Counted from the first letter of the stretch, positions 1 to 39,460 are shown. The stretch is DNA of 64,000 bases from Amoebidium appalachense (GCA_963693365.1 CAVNZM010000014.1:5084001-5148000), one strand, 5' to 3'. Translations and numbers: made by a program. Notes: generated from the letters alone by a model not told the origin.

Positions 1-6743
<6,743 letters not shown>

Positions 6744-7339
6744 TTTAGTGTTCAGGCAAATCAAATGCAGCGTAGAGAACGCAAACCAAAAAGCGTTTCG
6801 TTCGAAGTGGGTAATGTATGGTAAAACGTAAGCTGCATGAAAGTTTTCGGATGGAGTCTGGGGTCAAAGAGCTCACCAAAGAAAAAATGATCAGATACCA
6901 AGAAAAGGGTCAAAAATGCCCTGGACACAAAACCTCAAGAGAAAACTGGGCCTATGCGTTTTTCCTCTGGCCGCCAGCAGTGGCAAACACAAGATTCTGT
7001 GATGTTGGCACTACTACTGACTCCCCAACAAATGAGCTACCACTAAAAAGAGAGAAGAAAACAGGAAAATAGTGCGAAACAAACACAAACTAGAACTGCT
7101 GTAGAAAACAAGGAAACTCTAATCACGCGCTCTGAACAACTTGAAAAACTTGCAAAACGAAAAACGTGTTGTGCGTTTCAGCAACTCAATCGATGTGGCT
7201 GCGCTTGGTGAAAGGCCCATGACGTTCATGATGGCTGCGGTGACGACATCAGCAGCTAAAGGTTATGCATGACTTATATAATATTAAACTGTCTAAATAC
7301 CGAATTAAGGAGCGAGCCGAGAAAGAAGAGAAACACACG

Positions 7340-7413
<74 letters not shown>

Positions 7414-8424
7414 CACACACACACACACACGTGCACACAGTGTGCACACACGCTTCGTGAAGTTGCGACTTGAAGTCACATGTGCACGTCCCCTTCTGGG
7501 TAAAAGAGATACTATGGCCTATCCTCGAGGATGAGTTAACCGAGGAAAGGAGAACGTTACAGGGCGCCTTTTAATATCCTCGAATTCTGACCAGATTGAT
7601 TCAACCAAGGTTTGGCTATATTCGAGGAACGATTCCGAGAATCATTTATTTTATAATTATGTAGCTAAAAAGAAGTAAAAGAATGCGTTTGACTGCCTGC
7701 GTTACGCAAACGCTGTGGCAAAAAGCGCGCAAACCGGTTCGGCTATCGTTACTGGCAGCTGCTGGAGAGTCTTGTGCCGTTTTGTACGGCAAATATCTTT
7801 TTTTTTTTTTTTAATTTGTTGTTCAAGCAAAACTCAGTACGGTAGTCCTAAAGATATTTCACACCACACACACGGCAAATTCAACTGCTCAGCACACGTA
7901 TTTAGCAACTTCAGTAGCAACTTGAGTGTCCAGTGCACCCGGACGTCAGCAGATTCCGGTAGGCCATTAATGAGTAATGAGTAGCTAAGCAGTAGAGACT
8001 ATAATGTAAAAAAAGAGTTTCGAATCCAGAGAAAAACCTTTGGCAGCTATTACATGCACCAAATCTATTTGGCTCGACGAAGGTAAGCTAGTATTGAAGC
8101 GGTTGCATGGTTTCACCTACTCAGTGTAACGTGCTTTCCTTTGAGTGCGGTCTTTTGAGATTTAGCCATGGTCTTATCCCTCACTTTCTGCACGGTAATT
8201 GCCCGTCCTTTATGCCCTATGACCCCTAAAAGTTCCAAGTGCGCTTATCTATGCGCAGAAGTCCGCGCATGCACGTGTTGTGTGTGCGTGCGTGTGTGTG
8301 TGTGTGTGTGGGGTGGGTGGGTGGATGCACGTGTGCGTGTGTGTGCTAATGTGTGTGTGTGTGCCGATATCATGTGTATGGTGTTGTGTGTGTCACGGTG
8401 TGTTTGTGTGTCTTTGTGCCAGTC

Positions 8425-8455
<31 letters not shown>

Positions 8456-9324
8456 TTGTGCGCGCGCACGTTAGAGACTAAGTGTGTTTGTGCGAGCGTA
8501 CTTGTACGCGCATGTTTAAGGCGCACATTATACAACGTATCAGAGTGTGTGGCAAGTTAATGGGAAATACACGCCTATTGACATCACATTTTACACACAC
8601 AGGTTTACCAAGCGCTTTAGAGCCCATAGTCATTCATGCAAACAAACGATTGATATATCATATGCGAGGTCAGGTAATGATCTGCACCTGTTACAAAAAC
8701 CGAGGGTCAGTCGCGGTACCGGCGCCCCTGGCCCGGCAACAACCGTGCTTCTGACACTCACACGTAATCCAGGGCCAAGGCACATAGGCCCTGTATATTG
8801 TGGATGACCGTCATGTGCCCCACCGAATAAAAAAGTCACAGCTCTACCAAACGTTAGCTACATGCGGTAGCACCTGGCACGTACTGACGGTGCCTGGGCT
8901 GCTTTGAACTTCACGTTCGCCTCAAACCCATCCTTACACTCTCGCGACCGCGTGCATGCTTTCTCTCGCGGCGGCTCTACGGTCCCGTTCGCTGTGTGTG
9001 TAAGGAAAAATACGAGTCACCTCAGTAGGTGACAGCGGTAGCGACAAGAGTCTGCATGGTGCGGCCAAGCTGGCACGCACGACGCACGTCATAGTGCCGC
9101 ACCGCTCCTTCTCGATTAGGAAAGTACATTCCTGCAGGATCAGCTTTGATGGGCCTTGGCAACCGTTGATGAAAAAACGTCTACCTAACAGCGCAGGAGG
9201 CAAAATATAAGGGAAAAATAGTGGAAAAATAATTGAACTTTACTGTTTAGCTTTTTCTTAACTTTTGGTCAATGACAAGGAAAGCGTTTTGTGCATAGTA
9301 CTGTAATCGACATAGTTTCGTACA

Positions 9325-9394
9325 CCAATCAAAGTTAAGAGTTCTAGCTAGCCAATCAAATTACCATTGGATTAGATTGCATAAAGTGATTGGT
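9325..9394. promoter_or_regulatory. Cluster of CCAAT/ATTGG boxes in an AT-rich intergenic segment
   Basis: CCAATCAAA twice, plus CATTGG and GATTGG, within ~70 bp, between the divergent Ariadne and kinase genes. Function inferred only. Confidence 0.3.
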
Positions 9395-10651
9395 GGCACA
9401 CTTTCCTTTTATATCCACATGAATGTCAGTGTACCAGGATATGGATGAAAAGTCTACGCATTAGGAAACGCTGTGTAAGGCTGCCTACAAAATTTTTTAA
9501 GGTATATATTATTAATTTATGATCTTCTTGACTGAATCATAGAGGCGTTTTACATCAGCGACCCGCCTACTGTTCAATAATGAGGAACTCCGACAAACCT
9601 TTTTGATTGCGTTTCAGTCATGTGTATTCGCAGCCAACATTCCTGCTCAAAGTCAAATTAAAAATGGTTTCTGATTCACTAACTTGTTTTTACCTTTTTT
9701 TTAAAAGGCCAGCATACCGCAGTAAAATAGCTGCGCTTTATAAAATGGTTTGATTGGTATAAAGTCAGCACATAATTTGGCTCCTTAGCCCGTAGCAGTA
9801 AATGTGCGTGTCTTCGCCGTCTCACGGGCAGTCCACACACGTCCGGCGAACCAGGTCATTTCGACAGCACGTGCCAAAACACAACTTTTTTTAAGGTGTT
9901 TTCATATTCATAACAAATTAGGAGGTAATTTATCTACTGTATTTTCACTTACTAAACCATTCATATAGTTTGCAACAGGATAAACAGGCAAGTTCACAAC
10001 TACATAGTTTAGACAGGAGCGTTGTAGAGACACGCGTGTTTGTGTTCCGGAACCTAATATTAGAAACTCTTTGAATCTGTGTGAAATATTATTATTATAA
10101 ATTGCATATAAGCAATATCGTGCACGATTTTTGTAATTACCACTTATTTGGCATGTGTATTTTTTACGAGCTCACTAAATACCACGCAGAAACTGCTTGT
10201 TTCTAAGAAGCAGCGGCAGTTGTTTTCCCCCAATAGGTGTCACACGTGTAAGTTCACAAATTAGCACCATTTTTCTGTCTACTTCTGTATGGCATGTCCG
10301 CTCTTTGGTAACCAAGCACGCCTGTAAACACCAAAACTCGTGCTTTCAAATCTGCTTGCTCTTCTCCTTTTGATTGCTACAACACAAAAAGTCGGGAGAG
10401 AAAACTCTCATTTTCTTGCAACAAAGGACACCGACCCGGGTCAGTTTCCCATATGCCCGTCCTCTCACCACCGTTAACGTTAAAGGGCCCTTTAACACGT
10501 TTTTTTTTTTTTGAGTTGAGACTACCAAGCAGCCGCGTCAAAAGGCATACTCTAAAAATGTGCTCAAGGAAGAGTTTGTAGGGCATGCACGTGTACGTCC
10601 ACATTTGTACACACACACACGAACGCGCATGCGCGAGCGCACGCGCGCGCG

Positions 10652-10726
<75 letters not shown>

Positions 10727-10729
10727 GCA

Positions 10730-10772
<43 letters not shown>

Positions 10773-11032
10773 ATACCCTCACACACACACACACACACTC
10801 ACACACACACACTCACACACACACACACACACGCACACGCACAATCACAATCACACACGCACACGCACATGCACACACACACACAGTCGTATCCATACCG
10901 ACTTTCAGACAAGCGCATGCCCACATGCGCAGGAACAAATGTTGCAAGTGCGAGCAAATGTAGACACGTGATATTAGCACACATCTACATGACGATACAC
11001 ACACACAGACACATACGAGCACACACACGCAC

Positions 11033-11071
<39 letters not shown>

Positions 11072-11318
11072 AACACACACACACACACACACAAACATGC
11101 GTGCACATACACAGAAACAGTCACAAAGAGGTGGCACAGTGACCTGCAAATCACACACGTACATGCACATACTTATCCACACATACACATTGCATTCACC
11201 GCACATGCAAACACAAATGTGCCCTCAATCAACCACATGTAGAGCCTCCCCCCCCCCCCCCCCCCCCCCCGCCCCAATCCCCCCTGCCATTCCCATCCTG
11301 CCTCCTGCTTCTTTCCTA

Positions 11319-11351
<33 letters not shown>

Positions 11352-11626
11352 CAAAAAAAAAAAACCACCCACCCCATCGTTCCTTCCCTCGGTTAGGCAG
11401 TGTTTTGTTCCTCTGTTTCAATATCGGAATATACAACCGCCGAGCAACGCCAAGTCAACTAATCATACTCTTCTGTGCAGATACCAGCATAAGCCCCGCA
11501 CCATTCTCTGGGAAATCTCGAGGCACATTTATCGATTTACCATATATGGACGTGCATATTCTGACGAGGTGACCCATGGCTACCAAATTGGGCAAAGAGG
11601 CACTTTGATTGGTTGTGGGATCAGCA

Positions 11627-28945
<17,319 letters not shown>

Positions 28946-28949
28946 TAGG

Positions 28950-28989
<40 letters not shown>

Positions 28990-29626
28990 TGTGGTGTGTG
29001 CGTGTGCGTGTGCGTGCGTGTGTGTGTGTGCGTGTGCGTGTGCGTGTGTGTGTGTGGTAGGTGGTTAATCGTTCTGTTATTTGGACTATAAGGGGCTGAC
29101 GTGAATGAAGTAAGAGCCCCCGTGGGTTGTAGGGGATACTTCTAGAGCTGTTATGTTGTTATCCCATCCTGTTCTATCACTATCCCAATTTTCACATCCA
29201 GTTATATCCACATGTAAATGTCACCACTTTTGTATGTACAGGAGAAATGATGTATGTGGCCTGATTGCCTTGCCGACGTAAACAGGTCGTATACTGTTCT
29301 CAGAACTTTTTACTTATGGTTCGAATGACGGAATTTAATTTTGAGGTTTTCCTGATATGATATACGTAGATATACTTTGAAGTTTATCTTCTAGCACATA
29401 CCTGGTTTCTCAACTAGGCACGGAAAAAAATACCATTTTATCTTTGTGTTTTCTTTGTGTTTGATGAACAGGCACGACTCGACTGTGGTAGATGATCATG
29501 AATTTATTTGAGCAGATAAAATTGAAAAGTCCAAGCATATCATGTGTGTTGCCAATTGAATATATACCAAAACTTGAAAGTCACGGCAATTGTATGCATG
29601 ACACACGTGTGCATGTGTGCGCAAGC

Positions 29627-29675
<49 letters not shown>

Positions 29676-29679
29676 ACAT

Positions 29680-29895
29680 ACATACATACATACATACATA
29701 CATAAACACATACATACATACATACATACATACATACATACATACATACATACATACATACATACATACATACATACATACATACATACATACATACATA
29801 CATACATACATACATACATACATACATACATACATACATACATACATACATACATACATACATACATACATACATACATACATACATACATACAC
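29680..29895. repeat. (TACA)n tetranucleotide microsatellite
   Basis: About 50 near-perfect copies between the convergent kinase and membrane-protein genes. Confidence 0.95.
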
Positions 29896-30084
29896 ACACA
29901 CACACGCGCGCGTGCGCGCGCGCGCGCGCATACGCACGCACAACCGGTGCACCCAACAGCCCTCCCCCGGCTGAACGTGTGTGTATGAAGCTGTTTGGTG
30001 TGTGTGCGCGCGCGGATTTGACTCTCTGTGTGTGTGTGCATGCGCGCGCGTGCGCGCAGTGTGTGTGCACTTATTTGTTTGTGG

Positions 30085-30140
<56 letters not shown>

Positions 30141-30456
30141 ATGTGTGTGCACACGAGGGCGCGCACGTGTATGCTGGCTCCGAGGATGGAAGAATTTTTC
30201 TTTCTCCCCCCCCTTTTTTTTTTCTTTTTTTTTTCGTGGGGTAGGGGGGGGGGGGGGGACAATACACGTGCACTGGCAAAAGTAAATATTGTGGCTGGTT
30301 TTTTCATTTCATTTCACCGGTTCTAAAACCGTGCTAACTACCGTCGACAGTATAAGCTTATGTACATTAACTACATTCTAAAATACATTTCCGAAAAACA
30401 AGCGAAAAACCCCAATTTCGAGGAATTAAGCAAAACTAGGGGTGTAGCCTAAAAAC

Positions 30457-32118
30457 CTAAACATTAACTGGTACCGAGTCGTTTGTGGAGAACACCGACC
30501 TGCGGCTCCTCTCGCACACCGACTGAGAACACCACACTCTACCTCCCCTACCCGCACAATACGAGAACCCCTCCCTCTTTAACATCAACAGGCACACGAT
30601 TATATCACAACATATCACAGCCGTTGAAACTCTCGCCACGGCCGCCCACCCACAACTATTTGCCAATAACGAGGTGGGTGCCAAATGGCCTATCATCAAC
30701 ACTACTGAAATTGATATCGACGTGAGCGTAACGCATCTCGCTAACGATGGTGTGTCGCTGTAAGCTACTCTAGTTCGCGACAATAGCTTCACAGAAACAT
30801 AATAAAGCTCCCACAAAAAATAACCCAACCACACGAACCACAAACCACAATGAGCCCACCCGAGCGCCCCAACAGAAGATGATGTCGCGAACCTCCACCC
30901 GACCCATGGAGCGACTCCGATGGCGGCAAACATGAGATGCACCCACCACACAGAAAAATACTGATGTGCGCTGGGTGTGTGTGTGTGCAGTACGTTGCAT
31001 AGATGGTTCAATCTCTGCTTTTGAACAAGCGCACCGAGGCAGAAGGAGAAAGCGACCGTCATCAAAATATCGCCGGCGAGCAACTCATTTTGCAATGTGC
31101 GTAGAGTGCGAGATATATCCGTCGTGGCCGTCAAAGAAAAACTCTCCGGTTGTGTCGTCAGCTGCAGGTTTTCGGCCGCGAGTTGAAATATGGAAGCTCC
31201 GATAAGGAAAAATTGGGCAACGCAGATGGTCACGAAGAAATAAATGCCGCGATGTTTTACCGCCTGACTATGTTGGGCTGCCAAAGCAATACCTAAAGTC
31301 GCCATAGGCAAAACCGCACACACCACCCACGCTAGCAACTGCACCCGGAAAACAAAATCTCCCTCATCAAATGCACTTCCGGTGAAATTACGTAATGTCA
31401 TGAGAGCACTGTCCGCCTGTTGCTCAAGTACTACCGGCATGGAGATGTTTTCACTTCCTGCACCCGCATCTTTCAATCGGTTTGAAGTGTCGACGAACTT
31501 TTGGCCGTATTCCACAAAAGTGTACCCGAGGGAAATATTATCCGCCTCCGTGAAGCTGAAATACGACACGACGTACTCTACGCCAATTGCCAAAAACAGA
31601 ACAACGGCAAATGCAGCCCATGTTGATACCTGGTACACTCTCTGCCTTTCTTTGTCCAGACCCCACGACCGCGTCCTCCCCGCCAAAACCTTCTTATCCT
31701 TGTTCGTGCCTCGAGACGAAAAACTCTTCAACGTGTCGTTGTTGTAGTTCCCCTGAGAGGTGGAAACGGTGGACTGGTGCGTGAGCTTGCAAAAAGTACG
31801 CGAACTAAAAGAAAAACTACCTTCGACGGTATAACTGGAGCCTGAGCCCATGGGCTCTTTATAAACACCCAATCTTGGCGAGCTGTTTAAGAGAGATATT
31901 CCGTCATTGTTATCCCTATTCAAAATTGGGTCTGGGGCTGGCGGTTGTCCGACATTTTCGAGTACTCTACGCACTAACGCCGGACCGTTTATGTCCTCTT
32001 GTGACTGAGTGGGGGGTTGTTGGCGGTCGACGGAGATAAACGACGACCGCGCGTGGTAGTACTGGCCATTCATAGCATGGGTTAAACAGCGAGGTAGGGG
32101 CCATAACTTTGTGTTCAT
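30457..32118 (-). CDS. Intronless multi-pass membrane protein (553 aa, ~8 hydrophobic helices), family unknown
   Basis: Long high-complexity ORF free of microsatellites. Hydrophilic N-terminus, one TM (STWAAFAVVLFLAIGVEYVV), a loop with N-x-S/T sequons, then seven hydrophobic segments. Confidence 0.8.
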   Translation of the reverse strand: MNTKLWPLPRCLTHAMNGQYYHARSSFISVDRQQPPTQSQEDINGPALVRRVLENVGQPPAPDPILNRDNNDGISLLNSSPRLGVYKEPMGSGSSYTVEGSFSFSSRTFCKLTHQSTVSTSQGNYNNDTLKSFSSRGTNKDKKVLAGRTRSWGLDKERQRVYQVSTWAAFAVVLFLAIGVEYVVSYFSFTEADNISLGYTFVEYGQKFVDTSNRLKDAGAGSENISMPVVLEQQADSALMTLRNFTGSAFDEGDFVFRVQLLAWVVCAVLPMATLGIALAAQHSQAVKHRGIYFFVTICVAQFFLIGASIFQLAAENLQLTTQPESFSLTATTDISRTLRTLQNELLAGDILMTVAFSFCLGALVQKQRLNHLCNVLHTHTPSAHQYFSVWWVHLMFAAIGVAPWVGWRFATSSSVGALGWAHCGLWFVWLGYFLWELYYVSVKLLSRTRVAYSDTPSLARCVTLTSISISVVLMIGHLAPTSLLANSCGWAAVARVSTAVICCDIIVCLLMLKREGFSYCAGRGGRVWCSQSVCERSRRSVFSTNDSVPVNV

Positions 32119-33082
32119 TGCATATGGACGCTGGGTTTTTCTCCCTCAGAGGGCTATTGGGTTTTCTGTGTAATTCTGTGCTAGAAACCGGGGGGGAAGG
32201 AGATTTGAGCTAAGAACAGCTCGTGTAAAGAGTTTAATTTATGTTGTTTTACGTCTATTATTCAGGGGGTTGAATGTTGTCCTGAAAGAGATTTAGAAAC
32301 TATTGTTATTGATGTGTATAAGTTGTCGAAGTGTGTATGCTTGTTGCTGGTTGAACGATAGCTCATATCGATCCCCCACTCTTGACCTTTATAACAGAAC
32401 AGGAAAGTTGTATAGTGCACAGGATATTTTGTATTTCCTTGCGTTCTACTTGTAAGCAAACAATAATTATCGAACTGCAAAATGATCGCGGGCCACGGAA
32501 TGAAAGGTCGATTCGAACTTGTCCTACCTACAACAGTTATCATGCATCATAAATGGCTGCACAAAAGAGCAGCATAACCACCTCTTCAGCACGGTAGGGG
32601 CTACAAGCAATAAGCTAACTATCTTGTATCCTGGCAAAACACTGCTAAACGTTTAATGAAGAAAGAAACACAGGTTTGTATCACGGGGCAGAAACGGTTT
32701 GCCGACTCATACTATCATACTTCACCGTTCTTGTGCCGAAAGGCCCGAAACTTTCAAAAGTACTGAAGTAACATAAAATGCATGGGTGGTGCGCTCACAT
32801 CCACTCCGATCGCGCTATTTTATAACTTTAGCATTCCATTGTAAGCGTCAGCGAATTGGATCAAAGCAATACATTCCATGATGACTCATCATCATTTATT
32901 AAACTAGCCTGTACGGCCCGGCCCTCCGCACGATTCAATGGCGAAGATACTGGCCGAATGCGGGGCTCCCGTCTGCTAAAAAGGGGCCAGAGGCCATGCC
33001 CCTCTTGCAAAAAACGTTTTTATGCATGTGCTTGTGTTGAAGTGCGTGCTGTTTGTCACAGTGTGTGTGTGCGTGTGTGTGT

Positions 33083-33157
<75 letters not shown>

Positions 33158-33426
33158 CGTGTCACAATAACGGTACGTGCACGTGTAGTCTATTTAAATC
33201 TACGGTGTGTGTGGGTGGGCGGTGTGTATATGGGTGTATATCATGGTGTGTGTCTGGTGTGCACGTGTGTGTGTGCGTGTGCGTGTGATTTAATTGTGTG
33301 TGTGTGCGTGTGTGTGTGTGTGTGCACGTGTATGTGCATCTTTGTGTGTGTGTGTGTGTGTGACTGTGTGTGTGTGTGTGCACGTGTATGTGTGCACGAG
33401 AAAGAGAGATTGAGAGAGAGAGAGAG

Positions 33427-33460
<34 letters not shown>

Positions 33461-33516
33461 TGTTTCTGCCGGTGCGTCCTATTTTTATTTTTATTTTATT
33501 TTATTTTATTATTTTT

Positions 33517-33547
<31 letters not shown>

Positions 33548-33656
33548 GGGGGGGTGTTGATAAACACTCTTCCCACGGCAACTTGGGACAGAAAGAGTTT
33601 CTTTGTAGATGGGTGGCCATATGGTTTTAGACACATGACCAAAATAAAAATTGCAG

Positions 33657-33875
33657 GGTGGGGGTTCCACCCTGGTGGTACCGTGTGGGCATGTTTCATA
33701 ACGTGTACACCTTTAAAAAATTATTCAGTGGGGGTTCCACCCTGGTTTTACCGTGTGGGCATGTTTCATCCACAACGTGTACACCTTAATTTTCAAGAAA
33801 TAGCAGAGCGGGGGTTCCACTCTAGTAGAATTACCGTGTGGGCATGTTTCATCCAGCACGTGTACACATTGAATT
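33657..33875. repeat. Tandem repeat, 3 units of ~70-80 bp
   Basis: GGGGTTCCAC...TACCGTGTGGGCATGTTTCAT...ACGTGTACAC at ~33660, ~33730 and ~33810. Confidence 0.9.
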
Positions 33876-34661
33876 AAAACAGAATGAAGAAAAAGAGAAA
33901 GAAAAAATAGAAGATAAAAACAAAACAACAAAGAAAAAAAAGGGGGAAGCGAGGGAAGGGGACTTATACATAGGGTTGAATTATGCATTATCCGTGTTTG
34001 TTACGTATCAGAGTAGTTGTTTGGTGAGATACTAAATGTCGAACGATTTTTATGCGGTTTATGTGAGTCTCCCTATAATGGGCTTCCGTCATATAAATGC
34101 TGCTGTGACGAACAAGCAGAAATATAGAAAGAGTTGAAGGCGGTGTGTGCCCATATATAGTTGTCTGCAGCTTACACTCTGTGCCCATGATACCTTTGTG
34201 GTTGTTTAACGGCACATTGTGATACGCGCGGCGTGATGATTGGTACGTGCTCTGTCCTGTGTATTGAATCACTTTCTGTTTCCTCCCGACTTTTTTCCCC
34301 CACGTTTTTTTCACGGGGAAAGCATTTTGACAATAAACATAGGGGTCCCTCCTGAGAACTGCCGTCTTCAATTAAGCACCTACAGTACTCTTCCGCTGTT
34401 TGGGGTGTTAACGTTAATGGTACATTTAGCTAAGCTGACATACAGATACCAATTCTAACTACTAGTACACGATTAGCCCTCAGGCTGGGTTTTGGCCCAG
34501 CATCGTGTATTGAATCCCGATGCTTCATGCTTTCACAACACTTTTTGGTACACATCTGGGTTTTCCTGTTGTGCTTCTTTTGCCTGGGCATTAATGTTTA
34601 TGTGGGGAGGTGGGTGGGTGGGTGGGGGAGCTAGGGGAAGGTGTTTGTTTGGGTGAGGAAG

Positions 34662-34698
<37 letters not shown>

Positions 34699-34759
34699 AG
34701 GGGGGGGGAGGAGATTGCTAACGTCATGTTCTGGTGCTCTGTTACTGGGTTTGCACCTA

Positions 34760-35596
34760 TATGTACAACAATACTCTCCTCGAAAACCCTGTCAATCAGA
34801 CCTCTTCTGATCGAGAGACTTCATGGTGTCCCACAATCATTCCGCCATACTTCGGTTGCTATACAGTTGTAATGTATTGGCCGTTTTGCCCAGTCTTGTC
34901 AATTTGCTAAAACCAAGCACATGCAGGACAAATTTGCATCACTGAACTTGGTTTTTGTTGATAGGCAACTAAATCTGGTTCTGAACGTGGGAAGAAAGGG
35001 GGACAGAAGAGGGTGGCAAGAAAGGAAGATCCTGGAACTGGGGGGGAAGGGGAGGGGAGAAAAAAGGGGTTGGGGGGGGGGGAAGGAGGAGGAGGAGGGG
35101 GAGGGGGGGGGGGTGTGTAGGAAGGCTGGACGGGAGGAGATTTAAGGTACAGCTTGCCCAGCAAACCGGAGGGAGGAAGAGAAACGATTGTTGAAAAACG
35201 GACATGTGGTGGAACGTACTATATGTGGGGAACATTAACGCCGTGCATGGGAGGGAGGGGGGTTTAAGGGTGAGGTGGGGGTACGTGTGTTGGGGGGGGG
35301 GGGGGGGGTCTGAGATTGACTTTGGTAAGGGGAAGGTGTGTGTGTTGGGGGGGGGGGGGGGGGGGGGGGGGAAGGGGCAGGTGTGGATGGGTAAGGGGGG
35401 CTATTACTCAAAGGAGAACGGTTGCTGCATGATTATTTGAGGCAAAAAACCCCAAGTGAAGAAGTAGCTAACATCACATCAGCTCTGTGGTTTCTGGTTG
35501 CAGCCGAAGGATGCTCACTTAGTGCACAAATGGAGAGAACCAGCAGGGAGCAACACAAAACTTAGTTGGAAAATGAGGAAGATTCACGCCTGCCCC

Positions 35597-35627
<31 letters not shown>

Positions 35628-35688
35628 GCGGTAAGCATAACTTATAGTTAATAATAAATAAAATAATAAAGTAATGCAAAGAACACAG

Positions 35689-35731
<43 letters not shown>

Positions 35732-36444
35732 AAACAAAAACAAAAAAAAAACAAAAAAAAACAAAAAAAAACAACAACGATAACTTGAAAAATAAAACCT
35801 CCCCAAAAATTACACAGTTTTCCTCTCCCCCCGTCCCCTGGGTACTGCCCTGACCAAAGCAATATTATAAAATACATGTACCAAAATTGCGGTGCAAAAA
35901 CATGCAGCATGGGGATGCAAATACACAGGCCAGAGAGCACTCATATCAAAGAATCCACGGGTCTGAACTAAGGCAGTCGAATTTGGTCAGGCCTGTTTGT
36001 CCCCCTATCAAAGATTCTTTTACAGTTTTCACATTCACCGGGTGTGTTGCACATTTTGGGTGGGCGACCAGTCCCATTGCCGAGCTGATGCATTCGAAAT
36101 GAACACGGGCCGTATCAATAGGGTATGTGCTGGTGGCCCAGACTCCTATTGCTGAAAACAAGAATTCACAGGGAGTTTTGTTTTTTGCCTTTTTTTATAT
36201 TAAAAAAACAAACAAACATGATCCCCCGAACCCTACAGTGCCCACACTCCTTCATGAACTATACCGGAAGTAACTTAACAAATAAACACACAAAAAGAGG
36301 CTGTCGGTAATGCACCTTTGCATTTTTGAAGAAAATAGAATGTCAGTGCTTACCCCCCCCCCCCCCCCCCCCTCCTTCCCCTTCCCATTTTCGATTCAAT
36401 TCAAGAATTCTTAAGATAATCTAATAATGCTCAGGTGTCTGTTT

Positions 36445-36505
<61 letters not shown>

Positions 36506-36627
36506 TTTGTGTGTGTGTGTGTTTAGTGTGTGTAGGCGCGCGGGCCTGTGTGTGTGTGTGTGTGTGCGTGCATGTGCGCGTTAGGGCATTCATATGTGTG
36601 TGCGTGTGTACATGTGTACGTGTGTAT

Positions 36628-36659
<32 letters not shown>

Positions 36660-37610
36660 AACGCACACGTGTCTGATCGTGTTTGTGTGAGTTTCTGTGT
36701 GTGTGTGCACATGCACGTGTGTGTGCTAGGGACTAGGGTTCAATGTTTGTATGCGTGGGAGGTGGGGGAGGGGGAGGGGGGGGGGGGGGGGGGAGGTGGT
36801 GGGAGCATAACTTTTTCGGACCGGCTGAATTTGTAGCGATGTTATCACCCATCAAATTGCTTTGCTTGTATTTCCTAAAATCATCTTATTTTTACCAGCA
36901 GGGTGGCAAAACTACAATAACCTTTTATGGTATTCGGGAGCCTCGGGTACCCAAGGGATCTGTCGTGAATACAAGTGAAATTGATAGTGGAAGGATCCAG
37001 AAGAGAAGATCGTGGGCACGAGATGGATTGACAGATCAGCCGATGGATAAACAGATCAGCCGATGGATAAACAGATCGGGGGGGATAGCGGGGGATTGTA
37101 TAAGCAGCTAATGTATACCCTTTACTCGGTCAATTCCAAGTGGGAGGGGGGAGGGGGAGAGGTGCGGGTGTTGCACATTTTCTTTCTTTCTTTCTTTCTT
37201 TCTTTCTTTTTTTTTTTTGGTGTGTGTGTGCGAGGGAGGGGGGGGGGGGGGGGGGGAGGGGGGGGGGGGGTCCCCCAATGTCGCCGAACGGGGTCAAGCC
37301 CGGCAGCAAACCGTATATGAAAGCATATGTTTGGTAAAGGGAGTGCCCCAAGATATTGTCGTTGTGCTGCAGATGAACCGTGGCCGGGGAAGTGGCTTTT
37401 TTCCTCTTGGAGATGTTAAAAGGGGTTCCCCTTGCAAGCCACGTGTCTACCGTAAGGCCCCTACGACTTGAAATGTTTACAGGAGTCTATCGTCGCATGC
37501 AGCGGGTCTTTTAGGGCGGAAGATCCGCCCAAAATACCCACCCCAGATATTTTCTTTTTTCTGCAGTATGGATTTATACGTATGCCTGTTATTATGGGAT
37601 GCATGTGGCA

Positions 37611-37699
<89 letters not shown>

Positions 37700-38083
37700 C
37701 AAAGGAGCATCAGCTTATCGTTTTTAGCACATGTTCGGCAACTTCAATAGGAATAATCGGTGCTTGTGGGTGAGGATGATGGTAGTGTGTTAGTTAGTGT
37801 TTTGTTTTCAGCAAAAGAAGTGATTGGCAGCCAAATCGAACCAAGTGGCTATATCGCTCCCTTAAGGAGATGATAAAGCACATCCCAGAACTTAACTGCA
37901 TACCGAGATGGATGCATCAAATCAACCACTGAATTGGCTGCCCACACAAAACGTCTCAAACCCACCCATTTATAGCCAAAATACACTGCGGGGTTGTGAT
38001 TGTGGGACGAATGAGTTGCAGATATCAATGGGTAGGTTTCGAGCAAGAAGTTTCTACGGCACGGACTTGAACCTATAATCTTC
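34760..38083 (-). pseudogene. Possible decayed multi-exon gene (weak glycosyltransferase-61-like motifs)
   Basis: Complex-sequence islands between intron-type repeats, each beginning after a YAG on the minus strand but containing stops, e.g. HNDNILGHSLYQTYAFIYGLL, KMCNTPGECENCKRIFD, QIDKTGQNGQYITTV*QPKYGG. Family assignment is speculative. Confidence 0.25.
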
Positions 38084-38107
38084 TGTATGCAAAACACACT
38101 GTCACAC

Positions 38108-39460
<1,353 letters not shown>

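Noticed and set aside
7981-8028. tRNA-like A box (TAGCTAAGCAGTAGAG) and B box (GTTTCGAATCC)
   Set aside because: Box spacing is too short and no acceptor, anticodon or T stems can be formed; at most a chance or heavily decayed match.
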